Notes: a model not told the origin generated them from the sequence alone. Positions 27,611-41,332 are shown, numbered from the stretch's first letter. The stretch is 64,000 nucleotides of DNA from Eledone cirrhosa (GCA_964016885.1 OZ024742.1:278256001-278320000), one strand, 5' to 3'. Translations and numbers: made by a program.

Positions 27611-28204
27611 TATGCTGCTGCTGATGCTGTTGCGGCTGCTACTATTGTTTTCCTTGTCACCGTTGCTGCTGCTGCTGTTATTACGGCTGCTACTGCTATT
27701 ATTCATGACGTCAGACGAATAAAATGGCTTTCCGTATTTACCGCACACATTTTTCCTCGCTGTCGTCGTCGTGGAGAAATGTTCCACGGTATGCACGTGC
27801 TCTTGGAAACTATCAGAAACTATATTTTCCTTTTTCTTTACTGGCGTCGCTTGCGAAAGAGAAGGGAGGGAGAGAGACACATTTAGAGAGGGGAGAGATA
27901 GAGACAATCTTCTCGCTGATGTAGTGACGATTGAGCAAGAGGAAGACGGAATGAGTGGGAGTAACTTGTGAAAATTCTTTTTTGTAGCCATGTTTTTTTG
28001 GGTTTAAAATGAATATTGGGCACAAAACCCCAATAAGCGGTTATTTAACCCCGAAGGGCCAAATAGCGGGCAGAAAGACCCCTCTCATGAGGAGGAGGGT
28101 GTTTTTATCTACAATTTGGTTAAAGTTTTAAACAATTTACAATTGTTATAGCGGTTAAAAATTACTATACCTTACAGAGCCGAGCCTCCGTCAACCATGG
28201 CATT
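23090..28204 (-). mobile_element. Near-full-length decayed Tx1/L1-like LINE (copy B)
   Basis: ORF1 remnant 27991-25831 with CCHC knuckle CFRCGSKTHLGAFC. ORF2 starts at 25796 (IGSINARGL) and has RT motifs GKSPGLDGLP, NFRPITLLN, RQGCPLS, AYAED, then a C-terminal Cys/His region and 3' UTR. Multiple frameshifts and stops. Confidence 0.9.
24055..25796 (-). pseudogene. Tx1/L1-like ORF2, disrupted RT; most of the endonuclease is deleted
   Basis: ORF pieces 25566-25796, 25429-25830, 25110-25550 and 24055-24924; YADD is mutated to YAED. Confidence 0.85.
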
Positions 28205-28249
28205 CAATAATAATAATAATAATAATAATCACAGTAATAATGCTTTCCT

Positions 28250-28522
28250 TATTAACCACAATGGTTTACACAAAGTATACATTAAGGAATGTACTGGACA
28301 ATACAGGACGGTACAAATGGGCATTTCTACGTGTAAAACCCCCCAAAAAAACAGAAGATGTAATAATAGAACAATGAAAAATTACCCAATAGGGGGCAGA
28401 CTTCCGAGGGCCATCGTGGAGAAAGCCCATTAAAAAAAGCCACGGTGATCCTGACCACCAGGGCAATTGTCGTCTCTCAGTTTTCCACCTTCAATTTACA
28501 GGCATATACTCAGAGTAGGTCA
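28250..28522 (-). mobile_element. 3' end of the same Tx1-like family (copy C)
   Basis: Close match to 23090-23370; (AAT)n on both sides. Confidence 0.85.
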
Positions 28523-28585
28523 TAATAATAGTAACAACAATGATAATAATAGTAATAATAAAATGATAAAAATAATAATAATGAT

Positions 28586-28690
28586 AACTGTTTCTACTTT
28601 TGGCACAAGGCTAGCAATTAACTAGTACATTACTGGTACTTTATTTTATCGACCCCGTAAGGATGAAAGGCAAAGTTGAACTCGGCGGAA
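28586..28690 (-). mobile_element. SINE family A, partial
   Basis: ctggtactttattttatcgaccccgtaaggatgaaaggcaaag motif. Confidence 0.8.
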
Positions 28691-29136
28691 TAATAACGAT
28701 AATAATAATGATAATGATAATATCTATGCATGCGTACATTTATACAATACATATGTATGTAATAAGTTGTGTATGTATGTATGTATTATATATGTGTCTA
28801 TATAATATGTGTACACACACGCACACGCATGCGTGAACATACACATGGGGATAAAATAATTTTGTACAATGCAAACTAGGCAAATTCATGTAGTACTGAA
28901 TTTTATCGACGACTGTTTTAGGCAATAGTGTAAATGACAATCTTAGTGTGATTGTGAACGGTTAATTTGTCTTCGGATTAACATTAAATATATATATATA
29001 TATATATCTAGGGATTGTAACTTGGAGTTACTGTAGGTTCACCCGGGTGAGCACTCGCTGTTTAGGTTCACTTCTGTGTCGAGGTGTAGAGCTATACATA
29101 TATATGTAGAGCTATATATATATATATATATATAAA

Positions 29137-29244
<108 letters not shown>

Positions 29245-29251
29245 ATTTATC

Positions 29252-29285
<34 letters not shown>

Positions 29286-29423
29286 AATAGGAATATATAT
29301 GAGAGATTCCAACCATTACAAGTTTTGCTCAATGAAGTTAACTAAATTTTTTCGTTAACGTCTTCTTATCGTCCATTTTGCATTGTTTAGCCTTATATCA
29401 CTTTCCACATTATATATACATAA

Positions 29424-29474
<51 letters not shown>

Positions 29475-29477
<3 letters not shown>

Positions 29478-29950
29478 ATGATATTAATAAATGGAAACTA
29501 TATTTATAAAACCATATTTATTCTATTATATATATTTCAAGGGTACCAAAACTTTGGTACGTTAATGTTTTTAAATTCACGTAAATACAAGCTTTTCTCT
29601 CTTTCTCTTTCTTCTTCCTACACATACATATATATATATCCTAATAATTATTTAAATCTACCTAGCGTCTAAAAATAACGTTTTTTTTCAGCCCCATACC
29701 TCAACCTCATTTGCATATTCATCTTAATAATTTGAAATATCTGATTTTTCCTCTCTTTCCCCTTTTTCATTTTACTATCCAGGAAAAACTTGAACCGTTA
29801 AGATCTCGTTCCTCGATATGTCAATATTTATAAAACAAACTTTATATTTTATCTGATGAGAGCGTACCTAAGTTTTGGTACCCTTGAAATATATATAATT
29901 GAATAAATATGGTTTTATAAATATAGTTTCCATTTATTAATATCATTGAT
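29475..29950. repeat. Element with ~87 bp inverted arms and a degenerate hammerhead core
   Basis: 29475-29561 is the reverse complement of 29863-29950; CTGATGAG...gtacc/ggtac...GAAA begins at 29853. Confidence 0.75.
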
Positions 29951-31698
29951 ATTATACTCCAGAAAACTTGTCGAGTGCTTCGAATCAGTTATAAATATAT
30001 ATATTTGTTGAATTACCAGCAAATTAAATACCCCTTTGCTTATATATATATATATATATGGGGTGGGTGTGGGTGTGGGTGTTTGTGTATATGAGTGTAT
30101 GTATGTATGTGTGTGTATGTGTGTGTGTGTGTATATGTATGTGTGTCTATGTGTGTGTGAGAGTGTAAGTGTGTGTGTATATATATATTTATAATATATA
30201 TGCAACGAAGATCGCTGGTATTAAGTCAACGGTCTCCGACCAACGTCTAGCTAACTTAATGAATGGTAGTAGTGCAACTGCAAACAACTGTTGCACACAT
30301 TTTAGTTAATAGCTGTTACGGTGGGTGTGTTTTGGTAGAGATAAAAGTAAAAATCCCGACTCCTGGACAATGTTTCTGTGCAACATAACTTCACAAATGC
30401 AGATATCAATTCGGCAATGTTCAGAAAGTTACGTAATATCAGCAGATATTAACGTAACCAGGCAATTGCACTTCTTCAGCAGACCACCCGAGTCACTAGA
30501 TGGGTATATATCTATGTATAAGAATATACAGGAAAGTGAAACAACAGGAGGACAATGCAAAAATAGTGTATTGTATTTGTCGATGTCATCTGATTATAAA
30601 ATTCACTTTATATAGATTATGTAATGAATACCATCTAGTTAACAGCGGCTACTTGTTATTTTCTAACATATTTGTACGTCCGTATGTGTTTGTGTGTATG
30701 TCATATGTTCGTATATTCTCTGTTTGCATATGTATATATATATATACATATATATATGATTTATACGCACACACATTTATGTATCTTTATGTTTGTGTGA
30801 GTGTGTTTATCAGTTTATATCTACCATGTATCTAACCTTGTAATTACCTATACGTATTATATATGTCGTATATACATATGTATCTCTCTCACCTTTTTCC
30901 GTCTCTTACTTTTATCCCTGCACGTTCGCAAATTTATATATAAAAATATTGACATATTCACTGAATTTAGCGCGAAGTTCAACACAAACCCACGAACACA
31001 CACACACAGAAGACACACCATCACACAGAGACATACTCACATACAAATACTCACATACAAATACAATCTAAAATGCTTACACAGTTTCACTCATACAAAC
31101 ATAGATATCAACACATGCACACATTTAGAAAATCATAAAACCTTACAAAACCTAACAAACACATTAAAAGCATAAAACAACGAACAATGAAATATTTTAA
31201 CAAAAGTACAAAACACCCAATAAAACAAAACTACAAAACAAGAACAATAAAAGTGAAAGCCAACAGTAAAATACATCGTAATGGCACTCGCTAATCGTTA
31301 TTATCTCATTTTGAAAAATTACAATTGATGATAATGATGTTTAGTATTATCACACTTTGGAATTTTAAGTCGAGCAAATGTTAAAACATAATAAACAGCC
31401 CTGGATGTAGGAAACAACACGTTAAAGTGACATGATAACAGCTATAGGGAGCCGTGTAGTGAAGGGGGCAGTCATGTGGGGGCCGTGTAGGGGTTGGGTA
31501 GTGATATGATGTCGGTGGTGGCGGACTTCGTCTATTTTATTTTAGTTTGATTTAAATTCATTTTAAATTTATTTATGCAGGAACAACACATTGTTGTATG
31601 ATATTGAATGTTGTTAGATATGTTTGATATGGGGTTTGTTAATAATAGTAACGGCTGTGGTGGGAGTTGTGGATGTGATGTTGGTAAAGTTGTGGTGG

Positions 31699-32088
31699 TG
31701 ATAGTGGTGGTGGAGCTAGTGATGGGGTAGCTGATGTTGGTAAAGGTGGTGATAGTGGTGGTGGAGCTAGTGATGGGGTAGGTGGTGTTGGTAAAGGTGG
31801 TGATAGTGGTGGTGGAGCTAGTGATGGGGTAGGTGGTGTTGGTAAAGGTGGTGATAGTGGTGGTGGAGCTAGTGATGGGGTAGGTGGTGTTGGTAAAGGT
31901 GGTGATAGTGGTGGTGGAGCTAGTGATGGGGTAGGTGGTGTTGGTAAAGGTGGTGATAGTGGTGGTGGAGCTAGTGATGGGGTAGGTGGTGTTGGTAAAG
32001 GTGGTGATAGTGGTGGTGGAGCTAGTGATGGGGTAGCTGATGTTGGTAAAGGTGGTGATAGTGGTGGTGGAGCTAGTGATGGGGTAGC
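31699..32088. repeat. 51 bp minisatellite, ~8 copies
   Basis: Unit gtgatagtggtggtggagctagtgatggggtaggtggtgttggtaaaggtg. Confidence 0.95.
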
Positions 32089-32384
32089 CGGTACTGGTGA
32101 TAGTGATATTGTTGTGGTTTGTGTTGGTGATGGTGGTGTATACGTTGGTGATTTTCGTGTTGATGGTTTTGTTCCTGGGGATTGCGATGCTGGTGGAAGT
32201 GGTGGTGTTTATCATGATTGTGATGACGGTGGAGATTGTGTTGTTGGTGTCTGTATGTTGATAATAGTGATGTTGATAGTGGTGCTGCTGCTGGGGAGGT
32301 TTGTGATGGTGATTGTGGAGTTGGGGATGATTGCGATGTTACTGGTTGTGATAATGATGGTGGTAGAAATGACTGCGTGAAGAC

Positions 32385-32700
32385 GCATGGCTTTGTAGTG
32401 AAGGTATCCAGCTCCCGATCGTACGGTGGTGAGTTCAATTCCCGGTTCAATTCGCGTTGTGTTCTTCAGCAAGTCACTTTATTTCACGTTGCTCCAGTCC
32501 ACTCAGCTAGGAAAAATAGTTGTACCTGTAATTCGAAGGACCAGCCTTATCACATCTGTGTCATGCTGAATCTACCTAACAACTACAATAAGAGAACGCG
32601 TGGTTGTGGAATGCTCAGCCACCTGCACGTTATTTTCATGAGCAGGCTGTTCTGTTGATCGTATCAACAGGAATACTCGTCGTAGTAACCGACAGAGTCC
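32385..32700 (+). mobile_element. tRNA-derived SINE, family B (CORE-like), long copy
   Basis: Head with GAGTTCAATTCCC, then gttcttcagcaagtcactttatttcacgttgctccagtccactcagct and a 3' body. Confidence 0.75.
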
Positions 32701-33113
32701 CTCTAGAAATGGTAATTGTAGTATTGGTGGTTACACTTGTTGGGATCGTTATAGCGGAATTGCTCGTAGTGTACTGGTATGTTGTTGGTTGTGGTCATTG
32801 TAATATTGGTAGTTGTGTCCGTAGTGGTTGTGATGATAGTGCTGCTCACTGTATGATGGTGCTGCTGATGGTGCTGCTGATGGTGCTGCTGGTGGTGCTG
32901 GTGATGGTGGCGGTGGTAGTGTTCTGTAGATGTAGATTTGGCGGTGCTGTTTATTAATTTTGTTATTGGAGGTTATAATGGTAGGGTAGGTTACTTGCTG
33001 TCGATTGTGATGGTGGTGGTTATGAGTATGGTGGCTGTGATGGTATCGAAGTCTTCGTGTTCGTGGTGTTCAGGATTGTGGCGTTGGTGATTGGGATAGT
33101 GGTGCGGTAATAA

Positions 33114-33348
33114 TTGTTTCTACTTTTGGCACAAGTCCAGTAATTACCCCGTACATTACTGGTACTTTAATTTATCGACCCCGTAACCTCGGCGGAATTT
33201 GAACTCAGTCTGTAAAGGGACATAACTATGCTGGAAAGCATGGCGTCCGACTCTCTACCGGTACTGCCAGTAATAATTGTTTCTACTTTAGGCACAAGGC
33301 CAGCAATTAAACAGTGCATTACTGGTACTTTATTTTATCGACCCCGTA
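33114..33348 (-). mobile_element. SINE family A, two adjacent copies (33114-33270 and partial 33277-33348)
   Basis: gtttctacttt.ggcacaag...ctggtacttt..tttatcgaccccgtaa occurs twice. Confidence 0.8.
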
Positions 33349-33974
33349 AAACTTCACATGTTGTTGTGTATGATATGCCTAATATTACTGCCAGTAATAT
33401 TAACGGTGATTGTGTTGTTGGTCCAGATGATTGTGTTGTTGGGTATACTCGTTGTGGTGGTGGGGGGGATGATTGTGTTGTTGGTTATACTCGTTGTGGT
33501 GGTGGGTGCGGGGTTATACTCGCTGTGGTGGTGGGGGCGGGGTTATACTCGCTGTGGTGGTGGGGGGATGATTGTGTTGTTGGTTATACTCGCTGTGGTC
33601 GTGGTAGAGCTGATGATGTTGATGACGGTTTTGATGATGCCAGAGCTGGTGTTGGTGACTATGTGGTTGTGCCCGTGGTGGTTGTGAAAGTACTGGTGGT
33701 GTTGGTGTTGCACAGAATTTAAAACAGATGAAGATGGTAATCAATGATATTCAATAAATAAAAGAGTATGGCATATCGTATGGTAGGAGGTGGGGTGAAT
33801 GGGGGCATGGAGGAGGTGGTGGAGTGGAGATAGTGGTGTGAAGCGGGCGGAGAATCGGAAGCCAGCATAGACTACGTTAAAAACGATGGAATCGATTGAT
33901 TAAAGTTATGAAGAGTGATCTCACCATATGATTAGTGGTATTGAGTGTGTGTGTATATATATATATATATACAC

Positions 33975-34059
<85 letters not shown>

Positions 34060-34163
34060 TATATTTATGTATATATATATATATATATATGTGGGTTTGT
34101 GTGTGTATACATGTTTATATATATATATACCTATATATATATATAGAGATAGATATGAATGCG

Positions 34164-34196
<33 letters not shown>

Positions 34197-34894
34197 ATAT
34201 AGATATATAGATATGAATGTGTGTATATATGTGTGTTGTGTTGTGTATGTGTGTATGTATATACATAACGTAGGAATGTTTAGGCATATCATACACAACA
34301 ACATGTGAACTTTTATGTCTTTGAATATATGTCTTTATGAATGTATGTATGCAGTTATATATATATATATGTATATATATGTATGCGTATATATGTGGCT
34401 GTGTGTGAGTGTGTGAACTGAAATATGTTCTTAGTCATTAGCAATATAAAAATATATAATATATATTCAAATACTGCGTACGTGTATATTCACATCTATG
34501 TGCATATGTATATATTACTTGTTAATTAATATTTAATAATACATTTTAATAATTATAATTACCCTCATCAAAATCATCATCACCATTATCAACATCATCA
34601 TCATCATCACTAGAATTGTTACATATATTGATTTTATTCTTGAACAAATGCGTTTGCAGAAAGAGTAGGTGTATCGACATAAACACCAAATCACACGTAC
34701 ACACGCATACACACACACACACACACACAGATACGTGCACACACACACATGCGTATACACACATACACAGACGCACACATGTTTAAATAAAGATACATAC
34801 GTCTCTCTCTCTCTTTCTCCCCCTCTGTCTCTCTTTCTATATATATACACACACACATATATATATATAATATATATATTTGTATATATATATA

Positions 34895-34968
<74 letters not shown>

Positions 34969-35502
34969 CATACATATATACACAAAGGAGTTATACTGTC
35001 TCCCTTTATGCTCTTATATGTGTATGTATTCATGTGAGTGTATGTATAGATACCAACATGTATATACATATATATACAAATATGCACACACATATATACG
35101 TGTATGTGTGTGTGATGTGTAGAAAATTACACTTTCGCATACACATACGGCAATTTGCTTCCCAGTAATGGATATTGAAGATAAATTTAGCCGTTGTAAT
35201 TCCAACCACGTGATAAAACATTCTAGCGCCAATACCTGGCACTAATAATGGTTGTCTGGTATAGATTAGCTAGACAGGTAACAATAAATAGTTTAGACCT
35301 GATGCCGAAATTAGGAATAGAAATAATGCTATTACTGATACTACTACTACGAATAATAATACTAATAATGTACGTAATGGTAATAAAAAAGTCATAAAAA
35401 TATTATTATTAGTGGTAGTAATTATGTATAAACAGAATGATATGAACAATACGCGTAGTATTAATAACTATGAATAATAATAGCTATAAAAACAATAACA
35501 GC

Positions 35503-35543
<41 letters not shown>

Positions 35544-35588
35544 TAATAATAGTTAACTAACATCAATGACTGAGACTCAAAGAACAAC

Positions 35589-35649
<61 letters not shown>

Positions 35650-35967
35650 GCAAGAGAAGGAGACGGAGAAAATTAACCGATACCAGGACTTAAAGTGGGA
35701 GGTAAAAAGGATTTGGAACTGCCATGAAGTCAAGGTGATCCCGATTGTCATAGGCGCACTAGGGATTATCTCAAAAAGTTTCCAGGGATGGTTAAAGAAA
35801 ATTGGCCCCTTCACGCTTTTTGGAACGCTTCAAAAGGCATGCTTGCTGGGAACAGCAAGAACCCTCAGATACGTCCTGAATATCTGAGGCTGCAGGTAGT
35901 ATAGTGGCTTGATATTCATTTCAACAAACTTTCCAGTTAACTAACATCAATGACTGAGACTCAAAGA
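35650..35967 (+). mobile_element. 5'-truncated R4/Dong-like element inside (TAA)n
   Basis: KETEKINRYQDLKWEVKRIW...KVIPIVIGALG...LQKACLLGTARTLRYVLNI* (restriction-like endonuclease C-terminus); (TAA)n on both sides, the known Dong-type target. Confidence 0.85.
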
Positions 35968-38900
35968 GTAATAATAATATTAATAATAATAATAATAATA
36001 ATAGTAATAATAATAACAACAGCAACAACAGTAATGATACCTATTATTTATTTATTAATAATGGTTACTAATATTATTATTGATATCTGCAACTCTAACA
36101 ACAATATTGACCACAAAAATATATAAAACAACGACCACCACTACAACAAAATCTACAACAACAGCATCAAGTATAATGATAGCAATCATTTCACTATTAT
36201 AGCCTCAAGGCATACTTATGAGAGGACACTACATGAACGAATTACAAAATAATAATAACTAATGGAACCCATGGAAAGTCCTTGTTTCATAAATGTTCTT
36301 GCTTCTATGTTTTATTGCTTAAATATGTAGGTATTGTTTTATTACGTTATGTATTTATCATGTTATTGAATTCGGGTATGACTTCGACTTCGTTCGATAT
36401 TTAAGGTTGTTGAAAGCGTAACACTTGAATATGTTTTCTCAAGAAAAGATTTTCAATAATATCTTCGATTTCATTTCTTACTTAGGTTCGTTAAATCACA
36501 AACTTGAAACGTTTCATGTAATTAAAAACACCACACATCATTTAGGACTCTGTCTGTTTCTTGCTCGGGCATAGGGAAACAACTTTGGTTCTTTTAAAGC
36601 CACAGGTATGTCTATTTACGCTTTGCTCATTTTTAGATAAATTCCTAGTGCAAGAAGTCACACTATTTTGGGATACACTCCTCCAAGCTTTTAACCTGCC
36701 TTGGTGTTGCCCCTAGTCTAAACTACTTCTTGGATTAAAACTCCAGCAAAAGATGAACTAGGATTATCATTGATTTTCTTATTGTCATTTAAGTGTTCGA
36801 TTTCACTACTGTATAATCATAAAGTAATCTGATTGTTTCACTGTCGTTTTCTATTTTCTTTTCATTTAAATGTCATTGTGCTTACAAACATTTGTGGAGT
36901 GAAGTATAGAACGACTATTGTACTCTAGCACCTTCACCCGCTACCACAGAATTGAGAAAAATAAAATAATTAGCAACTGACTCTTTACACAATTATATGT
37001 ACACTATAAACATATTTAATGACTTTAGAGTTACAGGTACATGGCATCTGACAGGCTTCCGCACAATATCATATTTTAGAAATTTCCACATAAGTTTTGG
37101 GTTGATCCACGACAATGTTACAGATATTTGCTGAAAATGATACGCCGTTGGGTCGAACATAGGGACCTCATGAATGTAAAGTGAACTTCTTAAAACCTCA
37201 GACATGTCTGTGTCCACAATCTGCTAAATACGACGGTCGAATCGATTGATAACAGCATTTCATTTTCCCATATATATATATTAAAAAAAATGATATCAAA
37301 AGAAATGTATATTGGTTGGTTGTTGGTTTTGTTGTTATTGTTTCACCTCCGGAAACCACTGGCCCGGCGAAAATATGTTCAAAGGATTATCAGCAGTGAC
37401 GATACCAGCTAATCTCATCTTTATAGGCGTATGTAATTCTATTTTATCTAATATATCCTTTGATTATATAAGACTGTATTATATGATTTGAAACATATTT
37501 CACTACCTTTTCTAGCCAATGGATTGACAGTACAGAGACTAATTCTTTGAATCAATCTATATTCTTAGGATTTGTATAGCGAGTGAGTGTCACAGAAAAC
37601 AAATAGTATTGAGAATGTCTGTGTAGTGTGGTTTTGGTTGTTAGCACTCTGACGTCAAAGATCTTAGCTTAGAAACGGTATGAAGCGTGGTTTGCGATAC
37701 GTGTGCTATAGAGTCAAAGTTTCTATTTCTGAGTGTGTATACAATAGTGTTTATGTAGCGAGCACCATAAAGCAAAGGATTTTAACTTAGAGTCGTGGAA
37801 AGGAAGTGTGTAGCACAGTTTGAGAAGAGGGCATCATAAAGCAAACGTTTAAGACGTGTAGTGCAGTTTGGATAGCAAATAACATGAATCAAGAGATTAA
37901 AACATAAAATGTGTATATAGGTGTATGTGCAGTGCGGTTAAAATTCCCAGTAGAAGATATTTGCCCAAAGAAATCACTAAATGTTCCCAGGAAAAAGCTT
38001 CAATGTCTGAATATGGAAATTTTTGTATCTGGTGTAAAAGATCAAACGAAAGTTTTATTGGAAGATTTAATAGTTATGCAGAGCCAATGGATTTACTCTT
38101 TCAGGAATATTTTTGCGGTTCACTCATGAAATATCTGAGATCAATAACGTCCGGTTTATTGATTCATTAGGGATGAGTGGGAAGGATGTATGTGAGGAAT
38201 AAGTGTCAGGGAAATACATTTGATTGGATTTAATTTGAGCAGGATCATTTACAACAGATTTTGGTATACGTCATGTCATAGCTATGTGGTTAACAGGTGC
38301 GTTTCAAGAATGCGTGGTTTCAGGTTCGATGTCAGTCACTGCACGTTACCCAGGGAAACTTTCTTCTGCTATTGTTTGAGGTAGTCAAAACTATGATTGA
38401 CATTTCGGGAGAGAAAAAATATGTGGAACACCACCAGAAGGACTATTAATCTTTCTTTTGGTGGTAACCTTATTCCGCCACAGCATTTAACAATATTATA
38501 TGAAACGTGAATGCCACTCGGTTGCATGCATTTGATCCAGCTTCTATGGTTCAAGGATAATTTCTTTCTTTCTACTTATCAATCACGGAGGCCCTGAAAT
38601 TCCATTCAAAAAAGATTACCAATAACATATGCAAACGTTTTTTATCCGTTCAGAGATATTTTTTCTGCAAAAATCAATGTGATAGAGAAGCTCACTCATT
38701 ATTTAACATTGTATCGCAACCAATAAGTCCAGGTTCGAACACTGCGTAGCATTTTGCGCAAGTATCAATGATTTATGAGTAAAAGTGGGTAGACCCTAAC
38801 TGTTTGGAGACTGTTAAATGAACTAAATCTGTAATTCAAAGGGCAAACCTTGTCACAGGCAGTGAGTAACACTCTGGGCCTGTGATACGCGTGTCTGTTG

Positions 38901-39039
38901 AATATTTAGTCACATACAAGTTAATTTCGCGAATAGGCAGTCCAGTTTATTGAAAAACTAGAATACTTGTCGAATCGAAAGATGTACATTCTATGTTATG
39001 TCTGCCCCAACCATCTATCTCTCTCGCCGCTATATATAT

Positions 39040-39098
<59 letters not shown>

Positions 39099-39426
39099 GC
39101 TGTGTCTGTGTGTCTGTCTGTGTGTGTGTCTGTGTGTCTGTGTACATACGTAAGAATGTGCCAAGTAAATTTAATACCATTTTCGTTTATACAACCACCG
39201 TTATGTTTAATGAGTTGAGGACAGATATTTGTTGAATTTATTACTTAATAAAATGTGTACATCAAGAATGTACATATACTAAACGATGTGTAGATACTTA
39301 TCCATTTTCACTTGTACAAATATACAAATCAATTAGTATATATATTTATATATTCTATATATATATATAAATATATATACATACATACATATGTGTGTGT
39401 TTGTATATATATATGTATATATATGC

Positions 39427-39503
<77 letters not shown>

Positions 39504-39507
39504 TGTG

Positions 39508-39551
<44 letters not shown>

Positions 39552-39557
39552 CGTAGT

Positions 39558-39745
39558 GAAGGCGTCTTGCTGATGGTTAGAGAACTGGATTCTCAATCGT
39601 GAGGTTGTCAGTTCGATTCCTGGATCAGGCGGTGCGTTATGTCATTGAGCAAGACACTTTATTCCAAATTGCTCCGAAAAATATTAAAGGCAATTTGAAA
39701 AAACAATGGAACATTGTTTCCTCGGTCCGATTTGAAGACTGTCGA
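39558..39745 (+). mobile_element. SINE family B
   Basis: TGGTTAGAG...GTTCGATTCC...tgtcattgagcaagacacttt; same tail as the 13670 copy. Confidence 0.7.
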
Positions 39746-39989
39746 CATATATATGTATTAACCTGATTAGTTCTTTCGTTACTTTGGTATTGTATGGTTG
39801 GGTTTTGCTTATCGCAATTTTCAATTTGTCAAGCTATTTAAACGTGTTATTACTCTAAGGACCTACCCTTATTGAGTGCTTTGCTACTCATTCCTTATTG
39901 TAGGTCCACTTTGCTTCGCCACAGCCAAAGCTTCGATTTTACTAAGCTTCCACGTGTATATATATAAATATATATATATCTACTGAAAA

Positions 39990-40275
39990 AAGATAACAAG
40001 GACGATTGGTTACTCCTTACTTAATGGAGACCTTTTCCCATTAATATTACAAGGTGTCTGACGAGCCGCGGGTTACCGAGTCTGGTCAGATCGATACAGA
40101 ACGAACCTCGAACTGATCAGTGGTGAAACGCGCGTCACCAACCAATAAACGTAATGAAGGAGTAACCAGTCGTCCTTGTTATCTTATTTCACTATAATAC
40201 ACTCTGTGTAGCTCTACACCTCGACACTGAAGTGAAGCTAAACATCGAGTGCTCACTCCAAGTTACACCCCGTGG
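39990..40275 (+). mobile_element. PLE terminal-repeat-like fragment with inverted arm and hammerhead core (40056-40138)
   Basis: IR 39990-40018 vs 40157-40185; CTGACGA...long stem II...GAAAC-GCGC-GTC. 40205-40270 is an inverted homologue of 29017-29098. Confidence 0.6.
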
Positions 40276-40287
40276 ATATATATATAT

Positions 40288-40386
<99 letters not shown>

Positions 40387-40945
40387 GGAGGTGAGTTTTA
40401 TTGTAGTACAATAAAGCAATACAGATATTGGATAAGAAGCACTCTACAGTTTGTAGGACTGGAGTATACATAATATATAAGAACATAATACTTGTAAACA
40501 TACACACTTTTTTTTTACGTTAGAATATTCATCCGCAATTCATTATTTTATTCTCTCTATCATCAAACTCATTATTCTAAATACATATTAACTCCCTCTC
40601 CTTCGTCGCACATATATTTTCCCTTCGTTAACTTTCAAGTTCTTTTAATTTATACATTATCTTCCAACGGTTTTCAACCTCTCTATGTAAAACAATATAT
40701 CTTTCTCAGTTATAAAAACTATCTCTCTCTCTCTATCACCCATCTCTCCTCCTATCTCATCCTTCCTCATTATATTCCTCCCTCTCATCTCACCTGCACT
40801 CTCATCTCCTCCTCTTTTTTCATCCTCCCGCCTCTAAATAAAATATTTTCCCCAATATCACACATCAATCTAAAACTACTTCTCATATGTTGATTTAAAA
40901 CTGCACTATCCACAAGTGTTTTTTAGCCTTCATATCATGTTCTCC

Positions 40946-41016
40946 TGTTTTATCTGATGAAAACACAAATATTATTGCATGATGATGTTTGTTGTTGAAA
41001 TGCGCATAATAAAATA
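40946..41016 (+). ncRNA. Type I minimal hammerhead ribozyme
   Basis: tgttttat-CTGATGA-[stem II]-GAAA-t-gcgc-a-ta^ataaaata: 8 bp stem I, palindromic ATGCGCAT stem III, predicted cleavage after 41008. Confidence 0.65.
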
Positions 41017-41044
41017 CATGGAACTCCTTTAACCATCTTTTGTT

Positions 41045-41116
<72 letters not shown>

Positions 41117-41199
41117 TATGTATATACATATATATGTATATACATACATATGTATGTATATATATATATATATATGTATATACATACATACATATATAC

Positions 41200-41332
<133 letters not shown>

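Noticed and set aside
27224-27991. Asn/Ser-rich 255 aa protein as a host gene, and its antisense poly-Leu/poly-Cys ORFs
   Set aside because: It is the low-complexity N-terminus of the Tx1-like ORF1; the antisense frames are by-products.
31532-32215. Mucin-like Thr-rich 227 aa ORF
   Set aside because: Produced by a 51 bp minisatellite in GGT-rich low-complexity DNA; no signal peptide, domain or convincing splice sites.
36993-37225. Possible additional minus-strand exon (QIVDTDMSEVL...)
   Set aside because: Open frame with a plausible acceptor, but no recognisable motif or unambiguous donor.
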